Shown here: one piece after another, positions 12,043 to 24,466 of the stretch
Layout of the letters: each line of letters starts with the position of its first letter
Position numbering within the stretch: position 1 is the first letter of the stretch
Assembly: GCA_973895155.1 (NCBI GenBank)
Contig: OZ316892.1
Location: 2,731,223-2,795,222 of the forward strand
Length of the DNA: 64,000 bases
Direction of reading: 5' to 3'
DNA from: Marsupella aquatica
Taxonomy: Eukaryota > Plantae > Marchantiophyta
Program-made: the position numbers and the translations under genes
Notes under the pieces: generated by a model
Databases searched by the model: none
Told to the model about the DNA's origin: nothing
What the model saw: only the letters and a program-made list of their open reading frames with translations

Positions 12043-12634
12043 AGCTGAACATTGTACATGCACAATGCACCTGATGTGGATGTACTATTTTTTGAGATTG
12101 CAGAGATTCCAATTTTGAAAAGGAGTTGGGTAGGCGAGTTTATATAGGCAGCACTTATCTTGTGCTCTGGCGTCAGTGGCTGGGTACATGCCTATACAAA
12201 CTTATCCTTACAAGCCTTCTTGGAAGTATTTAGGCTGAGTGGTCATTTTCATAAACACTTTCATCAGACTGCTAAATTAAAACAGGACTTCTAAGTTGTA
12301 AGCGTATAAATTATCAGGCATGCAATTAATCAAATTGCCCTATAAGTTTGTCATTGAATGTATCCTCCTTTACAACAAAATATGTATGTGCCATGACAAG
12401 TTGGTTGCACTTCATTTCACCACGGATATGGATTTTGTAGTATATATTCAAACAATGTCCTGCATCCATGCAGGTGCCTAGTACGTATTGTTCACATATC
12501 CCTTGTACCTATCAAAATCGGACCTGAGCACCAGTGGGCCAGATCAACTCAAAAAGCAGGAATTTTGTTGTCCTTGTATTGTCAGGTGAACCCATTCTTC
12601 CAAAATTCACTATCATCACGTAGGGTGTGTGTAC

Positions 12635-13507
12635 ATGGAGCCTGGGACACATAGAAAGTGTGACCACCCAGCAGTGTTTATAGGGGTCAGAGCGATTTTG
12701 GTCCATGGCCAGCATGGGTTGACCAAAGTGCATTGGCCAACTGTACAGAAACGATTCTCTGAGCTCCATGGCACTGTAGTTCAGGACATCACTCCAGAGA
12801 CTACACATGTTGTTGCAGGGACATGGCTATCAGTGATAAAGAAGTGGTCATGGTCCTACATGAATTCTGCAATTACTAAGCAAGGCCTAAAAGTAGTTGA
12901 GGCCTCTTGGATCATAGATTCCATAGCACATAAGATTGTACAGGATACTGAGCAATATGAGTTGTGGGAGGATGAAGAAGCTACTGCATCAGCTTGGGCT
13001 GAACAAGAAGTCTGGGAAGCAAAGGCACGGCTTGCTGATCTCCAATATGGACCTGTACTCAACAAAGGACAGAGCTCTACAAGGCTGAAGAGTATGTTGG
13101 CTGAGGAGACGAAGCAACCAACCCCCATTCTGAAAGGGCTGAGCATGGTATTTGTGGAGGCGGGAATTGGAGAGGTTAAGTGCAAAGTGTACAAGTCCAC
13201 AGTGCTTGACCTAGGTGGGACAGTGGAGGAGAATATAACAGAGGACACCACTCATGTCATTACTAAGTCATATCCCAAAGCCTGCCGCAAATTTGGGAAG
13301 GGAGACATTCGCTTTTATGTCATGTCCCATAATGTGTTTGTGGTTTCATATGCTTGGCTTGTGGAATCAGTAGCAGCTGGGAAGCGTCAAAACCCAATGG
13401 ACTATGATCTTTTTGAGGCCTGGCCACGGAAGGGTCAGGATCCTTACAGAGAGGACTATGAGACAACAAGTGAGGAATGGGTCATTAGCGATTCTGAATC
13501 AGAGTGA
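12635..13507 (+). CDS. CACTA cargo ORF: tandem BRCT protein, DNA polymerase lambda BRCT-like (290 aa from ATG)
   Basis: Two repeats with BRCT hallmarks: HGTVVQDITPETTHVV..SWIIDSI..Y and LGGTVEENITEDTTHVI..YAWLVESVAAGKR..Y. LKGLSMVFVEAGIG resembles the Pol lambda BRCT start. Acidic C-terminal tail. Confidence 0.85.
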   Translation: MEPGTHRKCDHPAVFIGVRAILVHGQHGLTKVHWPTVQKRFSELHGTVVQDITPETTHVVAGTWLSVIKKWSWSYMNSAITKQGLKVVEASWIIDSIAHKIVQDTEQYELWEDEEATASAWAEQEVWEAKARLADLQYGPVLNKGQSSTRLKSMLAEETKQPTPILKGLSMVFVEAGIGEVKCKVYKSTVLDLGGTVEENITEDTTHVITKSYPKACRKFGKGDIRFYVMSHNVFVVSYAWLVESVAAGKRQNPMDYDLFEAWPRKGQDPYREDYETTSEEWVISDSESE

Positions 13508-13940
13508 GGAGTAGTAGCATCAGTTTGGACACAAGTTTTTTTGTATAAATCAGATCATTGAAATAAATGTGATCTTTGAACTAATGTACCTTGTTATGGT
13601 TGGTGGCAGTTGGGCTTATTTTACTGTTGGCGGATTGTTGTTTCCTGCTGCCTGGGGGTGTCACTATAAACGTACATGTAGAGGCGGTACATTTGAGGAC
13701 GGCGGAGGAGGTGGTGACACCCTCCAACATTTAGGAATTTTGTGTCATTCACTTGACAATAGGTACACTACTTGCGAACCTGTTTTTTTCTTTTGGGGTG
13801 GTTTAGGGTTTGTGAGAATTTAGTACACGTTATGTTAACTCTTTTGGCAGATACAGTCAGGGATATATGGAACACAAATACCACCATTAGGCATCCTTGT
13901 TCACTGCTGTCCATGACTGCAGAGCTCCCAGCCTGTTACA

Positions 13941-16900
13941 ATGCACCCTGGTCACCACCCTCCCCAGACCCAGCCCAGGGCACAGGCACTGCCTTTGCAT
14001 CATCCCACAAGGATATCACGCCATGATAATAAGCTTTGGCAGCGTGAAAGGTTACGAACCAGACTTTCAGGAGCCAGTAGGATGAGATGTCCTTGTGCAA
14101 TCTGCCAAGGATCCCGTACTAGGGGTCTGAATGAGGTTTGGCGGCATATCGCGGTTCATGGAAGAGATCCACGACATCGAGTTTGGAATGATCCTGTAGA
14201 GGAAGATTCTTCCGACGAGGAGTGGAGGTTAGAATTTGATGCTGCCAATGCTGCAAGACGGGCAAGTGAGGTTCTGCCTGGTGCATTTGAAAATGTTGTA
14301 GCTGGTCTCTGTGGGTTGTCAGCTCTCCAACGGGATGGTGCTCAGGCAGCACCACGTGACAAAGGAATTCATGTGGAAGAGATGGTGAGAGACATCTTCC
14401 AAGACTTGGATGCATTTCATGATGGGCTGGACAACGAAGAGGATACGGCTGCAGATGCAAGTGTGCCCCCTGTCGAAGAGCCTCTTGATGAGTTTGAGAT
14501 AGGGCAGGAAACCCCTGGGCATGATGGGATGTTTGGCTCTCCCCTGCAAATACAGGAAGGCAGGAAGTCTTTGTACCCCGGTAGCAAATGTTCTAAACTG
14601 GGATTTGTCATCATGTTCCTGAACATTTGCGGCAACCACAATGTCCCCAACGTTTTGGTTTCTGAGTTGTTGGCATTCTTGCGAACAACTGTGCTACCAG
14701 ATGGTAATATTTTGCCCAAGAACATGTACGAGGCAAAAAGATGCATATCTAATCTTGGATTGAACTATGATTCGATCCATGCCTGTCCTGATGGGCATGT
14801 TCTTTTCAGAAAGGAGTATAAAGAATTGTTGACATGCCCTAAGTGTGGGAAGCACAGGTATCGGAACTCAGGAAAGTCTATGGTTCCCGCCAAGGTACTT
14901 CATCATTTTCCACTCATTCCCAGACTTCAGCGGATGTTCAGAAGCCGTGCCATCTCGGAGATGATGACTTGGGCAACTGACAAGAAAAGTGATGTTGGGC
15001 TACAACGACATGCTGCAGATTCAAGGCAATGGAAACTCATAGATGAGATGTATCCCGAATTTGCTGCTGAGCCAAGGAATGTCAGACTTGGGCTGTCATT
15101 GGATGGGGTAAACCCATTTGGAGACAAGAACAACAAATTTTCGTGCTGGCCTGTAACTATTTTGAATTATAACCTTCCTCCTTGGATGACTACAAAGCAA
15201 TTTTTGTTCTAATGGTCCTACTGATACCAGGGCCAGACAGTGCTGTATCTGCCAACATAGATGTGTTTCTGGCTCCCCTAGTGGAGGAATTGAGAAATCT
15301 TTGGGAGGAAGGAGTTCTCACATATGATGTCCTACAGAGGCTTGGGAGGTTAAACCCATTCATCCTTAGAGCCATTGTCATTCTGACTATAGCTGACTAC
15401 CCAGCCCATGGGATGATATCAGGCCAAACAACAAAAGGATATTGTGCTTGTACTATCTGTGGGCGTAATGTCACCAGTGAGTACTCCAAAGCCCTGCAGA
15501 AAGTGATATACATGGGCCATCGTCGTTTTCTGAAGGCAGATCACCCTTACAGAGAAAGACAGGCACTGATTGCACACTTTGGCAATGAGATTGAGCAACG
15601 TGGACCCCCGGCACGAGTGACCAAAGAGGAGATCAGGCAGTGGGGAGCACTGAGGGATGACTATATCAAACGAGGGGGCAGGGAAGATGGAGTGAGTGAT
15701 CCAATAAAGTGATATGGTGTAAAAAGACTGAGCATATTGGACTTGGAGCTCAAGTACTGGAGGGTAAGCCTCTTGGAGTTGATGCTAATTGGGATACATG
15801 TTTTGGTTCAGAGCATGTGCATTCATTTCGAAGAGAGAGACTAAACTTGAGGCATTTCCTGACGCTTTTGCATTGCAACGATGCAGGAGTTTGAGCCAAG
15901 CAAACATAACATTGATGTTATGCACATTGAAAAGAATATTTGTGAGAGTCTACTCAGATTCTTGTGTGGAGAGAAAGACACTGGTTCAGTGAGATTGGAT
16001 CTTGAACAGAGGGGAATGAAACCCCATCTTTGGTTGAGGCCACATGCCCACAGAGCTGATGTGCTCTTGAAGTACCAAGCGCCCTATGTTCTGACAGACA
16101 CAGAGTGGGAACTATTTGTGCAGAGGTTGAGTTCTTTGAAGGTTCCTTCAAACTATGGCAGTGCTTTCAAGAAGCATATCATGACTAGAAAGCTTGGTAG
16201 TATGAAAAGCCATGACTACCATATGTTGATGCAACAAGTGTTGCCTTTATGTCTGAGGGGCCTGTTGCAGAAGCCTGTTTGTACTGTGATCATGCGACTC
16301 AGTGATGTGTTTCGTCGTATTTGTGTGAAGGTTTGGGATGAAACACACTTCCCACAACTGACAGAAGATGTCGCTCAGGTGCTGTGTGACCTGGAGATTT
16401 ATTTTCCTCCCGCATTTTTTGATGTCATGACCCACCTACTTGTCCATGTTGTGGAAGAGCTACACCAATTTGGGCCTATGAGTGCTCGTTGGTTGTACCC
16501 TTTGGAACGGTACATGAAGCTACTCAAAGGTCACGTGAGAACATATTACAAACCTGAAGCAAGCATGGCTAAAGGTTACATCAAGGATGAGACTCTGGGA
16601 TTTCTGACCGAATACATAGCACAATATGAGCATGTGAAGACCAGGGTGTGGAATTCTGATGAGGAGGAAGGGGTGATAGGTGAAGTACTGGAAGGGGCTG
16701 CAACCACAAAGAACCTGACCATATCTATGAGAGACTTGGCACATGACTTTGTATTGCACAACACTGTGGTGATGGAACCCTGGATACAGTGAGTGCATAC
16801 ATGTGCTATAATCCAGTTCATGAGCTTAAATGTTGTGTTCGTGTGGTTTTCTCCTTCAGCCTGTTCATGTTTACCCAAGCTAATGCTGTGTGGTTGTTCG

Positions 16901-17671
16901 TTCAGGGAGTATGAGTCATTGAAGGCGGCCCATCCCACTGCAGGAACAACTTTTCCAGGTTTCATGGAGTGGATCAGAGTGGCAATTAGAGAGCATCACG
17001 AGACCCACCCAGACATGGATGCAGATGTTTACCTACTGTCTAATGCCCCTAGCCTGAAAGTGAAGACTTACAAACGGATGAGAGCATATGGGAATCACTT
17101 CCGAGTGAAGGATGGTGACAGTGCCTACAGGGTGACGAATGACTGCGGGCTCATCACTGTATTTGAGCAATAGAGCCACAATCACGACAGGGCCTGGATG
17201 GAGATGGGATATGTGGGAGAATTAGTTGACATATGGGCTCTGGACTATGGGGCGGTGTCCAGTCCTGTGATTCTTATGAAAGGTTCATGGGTGCGGCAGG
17301 ATTGGCTTGGTAACAGGGCTACCATGAAGAGAGACAACGACGGTTTCTTGCTGGCCAATTTTAGACGGAAATTGCCCGAATGGTCTGAGCCATTTGTGTT
17401 TCCTAGTCAGGTGGAGCAAGCTTTCTTCCTGGATGTGGAAGACTCCCCAGGTTGGCGTGTAGTGTGTCATAAACAGGCCAGGCAACGTCGGATGGAAGGA
17501 TCAAACCTTGAGTTTCATTTACACTCTCATAGTGCCTTTGATCGTCGGCGTTCAGACCAAGTGCCTGTAGTTCATGATAGCGGGGACTTCATTCCTGTGA
17601 CAAGGGTAGATGCATTTGCTGAAGGAGGCGAATTCAGAGATGCAGATGCCAACAGTGTGCCTGTGCCATGA
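13941..17671 (+). pseudogene. CACTA TnpD/Tnp2-like transposase, inactivated
   Basis: N-terminal CPCAIC..H..HG, IHACPDGH..CPKCG, RHAADSRQW, RNVRLGLSLDGVNPFG, NYNLPPW, DYPAHGMISG, HNIDVMHIEKN, MKSHDYH, FFDVMTHL, RWLYPLER, EPFVFPSQVEQAFF. Introns 15764-15886 and 16789-16905. Frameshift near 15200; stops at 15710 and 17171. Confidence 0.93.
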
Positions 17672-17827
17672 GTAATGTGAATTGTTTGCATGGACATTAG
17701 TGAGGGGAAGGATGTGTAATAAAGTAATTCTAAAGCAACACAGATGTATGGATGGATGCCTGGTGATTGTGATTGCATTGTGTTATACGGGGTGATCATA
17801 GATGACATGTTTTTGTGGTCCAATAGG

Positions 17828-20800
17828 ATGGAACAGAGTGACACAGAGATGTGTGAGTATGAAAGGAAAGCTATGGAACAACGAGCATACGTGAAAGCCA
17901 AAATCGTAGAACTGGATCTGGAAAAGGATGTGGCTGAATTGTAAGGGAACGATTCTCAACTACACCCCTCCGCTGAGTTTGTGTGACATGAATAGTTCAA
18001 TGTGGCACTGAAATTGTGACTGTATTCTCATATTGGAATGTCGCAGAGCTACAGCATTTTCAAAGAAACAAAAGGAGTACGCAAGAAGGGTGACCAGCAC
18101 TATCTCTGGGCCTATGCGTCGGAGTGACAGGTTGAGCAAGAAGGTCGTACCTACAATGGCAGAATGTGGAGATGACATTGATGCTGCACAAGTGGGTGCA
18201 GACACTAGACAAGAAGATGCAAATGATGAGTATTTTCCAGAGGAAATGGATGAGGATGGGGGTTATGAAGATGAATACATTGCAGAGCAGCCCCAAAAGA
18301 AACAGGTAAGTAGTTTTCCCAACAAGGTTTTGAGTTAAAAACTCTTGTTTAGAGGTTTCATATGTTCAGTACTACACATATGTACCTTGCTTAGTTCCTG
18401 ACATTGTAGTTGGTGATGTGATGCAGCATCCTGCCAGTTTTGTTTTGCCTTCGAAGCCTGTGCATGCACCATACCAGCAGGGGGGGCTGACCTCTGATCA
18501 AGGTTGGCGAGGTGGTAGTAGTGGTAGATCCCAGGCTGGTGCCCAATACTATGGCAGGGGGCAAGCTCTAGGTTATGCCCGTGGTAGAGGCAGAGCAGGT
18601 CCAAACCCACAATCTCGTGGGTATGGACGTCCACCTCAACCATGGGGATGTGAGTATATATCTATATGCCAGTTCTTTGTGAAGGCATGGCACTCCTGAA
18701 TTTCAGACTGCATATCAATTTTTGACATTGTTTGGGATGTATTGGATTCAGACAACATGAAATTCTGTCCACCTGCCATTGCATGCAGATTCTGCCCAAC
18801 TTGATTGGGCAAATGCTAGTAATGATCAGTTCCAATGTCCACAAGGACAGACATGGGTTGAACCAGGTTGGGAGGATGGTGGTGGGTCGTGGAATGAACA
18901 AGGTTGGGAAGGTGGTGAAGGTAATTGGCAGGGATATCAAAATTTAGTACCTACAAACGCTGGAAGAGGGGCAGGTAATGTCTGATCTTGTCAGCAATGG
19001 AAGAACTCATTATATGTGGAGTCCATTCACGTGGGGGGGACTCTGCACATGTATAATGATAGAAAATGTATGTGTGCAGGTTGGACAGTCGAACCATCGA
19101 CTCAAGTATTCACTAATGCCCCTATGCAGATGCAGCACGGAAGGGGGACAGGTATGTCGGTGAATGTTTAGTTGTTTTCCTATAGTTTGTACTTAGTTTT
19201 CAATACATATGTTTGCACACACATACCTAGAAAGTGACATCATCCGGCCCCTGTACTAGGCTGGACAGGTGGTCCAGGGTCGCATCAATTTCAGAGTGCA
19301 GTCCCTGCACAGGCATCTACAGGCAGAGCTACAGGTATGTATGTTTGAAGAATTTTTCTTGAAGTGAAGCATTGAATATTGCCGTCATCCATTCTGCTCT
19401 ATGTAGTTCTCAAGCATGAATGACATTGTATTTTCCCAGGTGGCTTCAGAACCCCAGGTAGGGTGAATGAAGGGGTGGCCAATACAACGCCCAGTACTAC
19501 CGAGAGCAGTGCACGAGGGGAGGTGACAAAGAAAGGGAACATAAAGTTGAATGAGAGACAATGGGTGGATGCTGAGTGTCCTCGCAAGAACCGATGGCAT
19601 GCTGATTTGAAAGCTAAAGTATTGCGTTGGTTAGATGTGAGTGTTATTAATTTTAAAAAACAGCATCCAAAAGATTGGAAGACTGTATGTGAAAATGTTG
19701 CTGCCAAATGGAATTATGTGGGCAGTGATGATGGCGTGGACATAGGTTGCCTAGAGAGTACAGCAGGTAAAATCATCAAGCAAGAGAGGTGGAGAATGCA
19801 TAAGGCTTGGAAGGAAGGTGGGGAGAAGCCAGATATGCCTCCACCAGCCAGTTGTGATGATAAAGTGTGGGCAAGGTTAGTAGCTTATTTTGTAACAGAT
19901 GCTTCAAAAAAGAAGAGTTCACAGATGACCAAGGCCAGGTTGAGTGTTCAGAACCCTAATCTGACAGGAAGGACCGGCACTGCACCGACAGCTAAACATT
20001 TGGTAAGAATGAATGGCCCAGCTATGTAATTTATGCTACAGTATGTACTATTTTTTAGTGTAAACCCATACATGTAAACTTTGTTTTTTAGTGTACGTTC
20101 CCTGAATATTGATCGATAACTTGTGTTTGCCATGCATGTGCAGAAAGCCCAATTGGGGCAAAGCCCTTCAAAAGAAGAGTTGAGGGCTGAAATTGTGAAC
20201 ACCCGGGCTCAAGAGGGTGCATCTGAATCCTCCAAGCATGTAAGTTATATGAGTTCTGATTGGTAATTGAATGACCTGCGTTGAATTTCAGGTGTACACT
20301 GTGTGCATATATTGCCCAACATTTCATATGGAGTGATTGAACCTATACCCCTGTGTCATGTAGGGAGGTGGATCTTCACTTACAAAGATAAGTGGTCGTT
20401 TGAAGGCTATCGAAACATGTCTTCTAGAGATCAATGAACGTTTGAATTCATTGACTGACTTGTTCCATGTGAACTTCAAGACATTAATGGAAGCTATTGT
20501 GTCGGTGAGAGATAAAATTGATTCCAATTCTGCAGGAGTTCCACCATCACCACTTGAGGTGGCAAAGTCGATGCACTCTTCTGGCATGCCAACGACATGT
20601 AGGCTTGAAGGTAAGGCCTTTACAACTGTGTGGGATATGATTATTAAATGTATAGTTTGAATTGACATTGTTTGTTGAATGTGTTATTTTCAGTAACATA
20701 TATTGTGGTTGTTGTGTCCATAGAGAATAAGACAGGTGCTACAGAGAAGAAGTATGAGAACCTGGCAAATACTCGCTGTAATTTAGAGGCAACAAAGTTG

Positions 20801-21520
20801 CAGTCTATACAAGCAACTTGTTTGACAGAGAGCAGTCAACCATGTTTGGATGAGGATGACATTGGCAAGGGAGTGGATGATATCAATGTTGGGGCAAATG
20901 AGGATATCAGCAAGCATGACAATGATACCATTGAGCCAGATTCATGCTATGTAGATCTTGACTCCATTGCAGAGATAAATGATTTGCAGAATGTATCATT
21001 CTCAATGACAGGTGTGCCTCTTGTTGAGATAAATCCAACCAAAGAGTTAGTTGGTATGACACTCCCAGGTGATGAACCTGCTACTGTGACAGTCCTAACA
21101 GAGGAACCTACTGAGCCTAGCTTCACTACTGTGAAGAGAGGAAGCATGCGCACACGAAGCAAGTCTGCTGGTGGGAGCAGAGCCACGTCAAAGGTTTCAT
21201 ACAAACCTCCAAGAACAGTGCTGGCAGAAAGATCTAAGGTGGAAGTGGGGAAAGCACCTAATGCTGAGGGACAAAGTGGCTTGTTAGCTGTTGATGAGAG
21301 TGGAACACGAGTAGGATTTGGCAGAGTGCAGGTTGGTTCCACAACGTTCCATGGCAAGAGGATTCCCCCAGGTTATTCAGTAGTGTTAGTCACATTACTA
21401 GTGAAACCTAAAGCTGTCCTTCCCATTCCAAACACAAATGATGATCCTCCTCAAAAGACACTTGGAGATGCTGCAGGTTCTTTGGTATTATGGCCAAGCA
21501 AGTTCATAGAGGATCCATAA
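17828..21520 (+). CDS. CACTA TnpA-like multi-exon gene with a GW/RG-rich region
   Basis: Exons bounded by GT-AG: EYERKAMEQR N-terminus, Gly/Trp-rich exons 18410-19334, a Ptta/En-Spm-like segment VWARLVAYF..KKSSQMTKAR..TGRTG (19440-20002) and a C-terminal TNP1-like FHGKRIPPGYSVV..LPIP..TLGDAAGSLVLWP. The junction at 18305/18410 is not phase-resolved. Confidence 0.75.
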
Positions 21521-22375
21521 CAATGTCATGCCATTATTTGTTTGTAGTGTGAGTCATGTTATGTAGATTTTAGATGTCAAGAACCAGTACAAGAATCATG
21601 TCCTCTTGGAGATTCATAGTATCATGCATGTGCTTTCAGTTATCTCATCCTACAGTCATCAATTATGAGTTCCTATTTTGTCTGAATTACATTGATCACA
21701 TTGTAAACTATTCCATTGGAATTCAAATGATCTTCATTTTTTAGCAAGATTGTGATTGTGTTTAATTCTTATGAATGTTTTATGTAGGATCTGCTGATAT
21801 GATGCTTTGTTTCATGTGGATGTCATTCATGCTATGTTCATTTCTTGTATTAAATGTGTTATATTTCTAAAGTTAGAACATCAGGTTTCTATGTATTGTA
21901 ATGTCGAGTGCTCTCTCTCCTCATGAACTGTCCCTCTGTGTTCATTAGTCATGGTTATAACTTGCATGTGAACCTTATTAGTTATAAACATGAGTATATA
22001 GAGTCCCAAATGGTTCTGTTGTGTGACGCGGGCCAGGGTCTCCATTGGTCTCTCCTGTGACACTAAATAGTCACACGCTAGTCGTTGTTGAATGCGGGTA
22101 AGTCATGTATGTGACTTACGATGTGACTCGCTGAAGTCATATTGCAGTCACGTCGAAACAAGGCTAGACTCCACAATAAAGTCACAGATCAGTCACAAAT
22201 GGGTATCAAGCAAGTTGCAAAGCCCAGTATCAATAGTGACTTCCATTTTTTGGTCTCAACTTTTGCAACTCCAAGGGTCACAGCGTGGGTCAAGTCACGT
22301 TGAGTCACAATGAAGTCACATGAGCCAAAATGAGTCACATATTGCGGTCTCAGTTCACCTCGGATTCTTCTAGTG

Positions 22376-24328
22376 CCTGTAAGCTAATTGTCAATAGAGA
22401 TGTGTCCTTTAATGAATCTAGATCATCAAAGGAGGGTGAGAGTTCTCAGGACTTCCATACTGACAAGGGGAAATCTCCCCTCCCGGACCGGGTTGAGGGG
22501 GAGATTAGTCATGATGCAGTTCATGACAGGAGAGATGGAGAAGCTCCGGGCTTGGAGCTGGTTCATATGATGGAACAAGAGGAGCAGATTATTGCTGGGG
22601 TACCTCAAATTCAACCAGCAGCAGCAGCAGATCAGCCTGAGTCATCTACTAGAAGAACTTCTAGTTGTTCTACTAGAGCTCCTACCAGGTATGGTCAATG
22701 GGCAGACTCATCTAAGCTAGATGATATTGACATTGCACCTGATGATGATGACATGGCTTTGATCTTGGAAGAAGGAGAGTCTTCTTCGTATAGTGAGGCT
22801 TGTGCTTCAGAGCAGAAGCATGAGTGGAATGCAGCAATGCAGAGGGAGTTGCAATCTTTGAGTGACAACAATACATGAGAGCTGGTGGAGCTTCCAAGAG
22901 GTCAACAAGTGGATTTACAAGTTGAAGGACAGTCCTTCAGAGGGTGGAGATAAGATCTACAAGGAAAGGCTTGTTGCCAAGGGGTTCACTCAGGAGAAAG
23001 GAGTGGACTACAATGAGGTCTTTTCACCGGTGGCTAAGTATTCCACAATACGGATCTTGTGTCAGCTTGTTGTGTTTTTTGGTCTGGTGATGAATCAGAT
23101 GGATGTTGTTATTGCTTTTCTCTATGGCAACTTGAAAGAGTTGATCTTCATAAGACAGCCACTAGGCTTTATGAAGAAGGGCCAAGAGAACTTAGTTTGC
23201 AGATTGCTCAAGTCCTTGTATGGATTGAAGCAGTCTCCCAGACAGTGGAACAAACGGTTTGATGATTTCATGCTTGCTCAAGGTTTTACAAGGATGGTGT
23301 ATGATCCTTGTGTGTATACGAAATCAGTCAAGAATGATGTATTTGGTTTCATCATTCTGGTGATCTATGTGGAGACATGCTTATTGTGGCTAAAGATCAA
23401 TCTGAGGTTGACAGTCTCAAGGCAAATTGAGTGCTGAATTCAGGATGAAGGATCTTGGTAAGGCCAAGAGGATCTTAGGGATGAAGATTTTTAGAAACTC
23501 TGATACTGGACAGTTGTGCTTGGATCAAAGCCAGTATGTGAGGAAAGTACTTGCACAATTCAACATGGAAAATTGTAAGCCAGTGAGTATTCCTTTAGCT
23601 TCACATTTCAAGTTATCATCGGTTTTCTCTCCTACGGATGCTGTGGAGAAAGGTCTGATGGCTAAGATTCCTTATGAGAAGGCAGTAGGCAGTCTGATGT
23701 ATTTGATGACTTGTACTAGGCCTGACTTAGCCCTAGCGATGGGCAAGATTAGCAGATTCATGTCAAATCCAGGAAAGGTACACTAGGGAGCTGTGAAATG
23801 GATTCTCAAGTATCTCAAGGGTACACAGGACTATGGATTATTATTTGATAATAGATCAGATAGAACGTTAGTTGGCTATGTAGATTCTGACTATGAAGGC
23901 TGTCTGGATACAAGGAGGTCTACAACTGGGTTTGTATACACTCTTGGAGGAGGATGTATCAGTTGGAAATCTACCTTGCAGAGCATATCTCAATCTACTA
24001 CAGAAGCAGAGTATGTTGCAGCAGGAGAAGCACCAAAGGAAGCAATTTGGTTGGATAAGTTGATCGCGGAGATGGGTTTAGGCATGGCAAAATGACTCTA
24101 AACTGTGATAGTCAGAGTGCTCTTCACTTGGCTGCTAACCAGGTGATGGATAGCAGGATGAAACACATTGATATCAGGTACCATTTTATCAGGCAAACAA
24201 TGTCTGATAAAACTTTTGAGCTAGTCAAGATTGATGGAAAGCTCAATCTCGCCGATGTCTTTACCAAAGTGATTCCTTTGGAGAGTTTCTCAAGACACCG
24301 TGCTACTTTGCAGGTTTTGCAGTTGTAG
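22376..24328 (+). pseudogene. Ty1/Copia 3' part (post-integrase linker, RT, RNase H), decayed
   Basis: Resumes CKLIVNRDVSFNE. KERLVAKGFTQEKGVDYNEVFSPV, QMDV..AFLYG, LLKSLYGLKQSPRQW, MKDLG, YVDSDY, STTEAEY, CDSQSA, KHIDIRYHFIR. Frameshifts and stops; no clear 3' LTR. Confidence 0.93.
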
Positions 24329-24466
24329 CACAAGTAGAGTTATTTAGCAATGTGTGACTATTTGTATATGGATTACTCATTCTTGTTTAGCTATGGCTTA
24401 GTTCTAGCTAGTTAACCCTTAGTTAACCCTTGTGGTTTTTAGGGGAGGACCTGGTTTGGTGATTGT

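Larger units (their letters stand above)
4962..22375 (+). mobile_element. Full-length CACTA/En-Spm DNA transposon (~17.4 kb) with cargo
   Basis: Left end CACTAGAAGAAACC (4962) and right end GGATTCTTCTAGTG (22375) are inverted (11 bp perfect, 13/14). CCT TSD at 4959-4961 and 22376-22378. Dense GTCACA/TGTGAC subterminal motifs at ~22020-22340. Contains TnpD- and TnpA-like genes. Confidence 0.96.

Noticed and set aside
5698-13812. Scattered TTTAGGG/telobox-like motifs in the CACTA (5698, 5803, 5934, 10711, 13801)
   Set aside because: Only single or 1.5 units, not an interstitial telomere array. A link to the TRF-like gene is unsupported.
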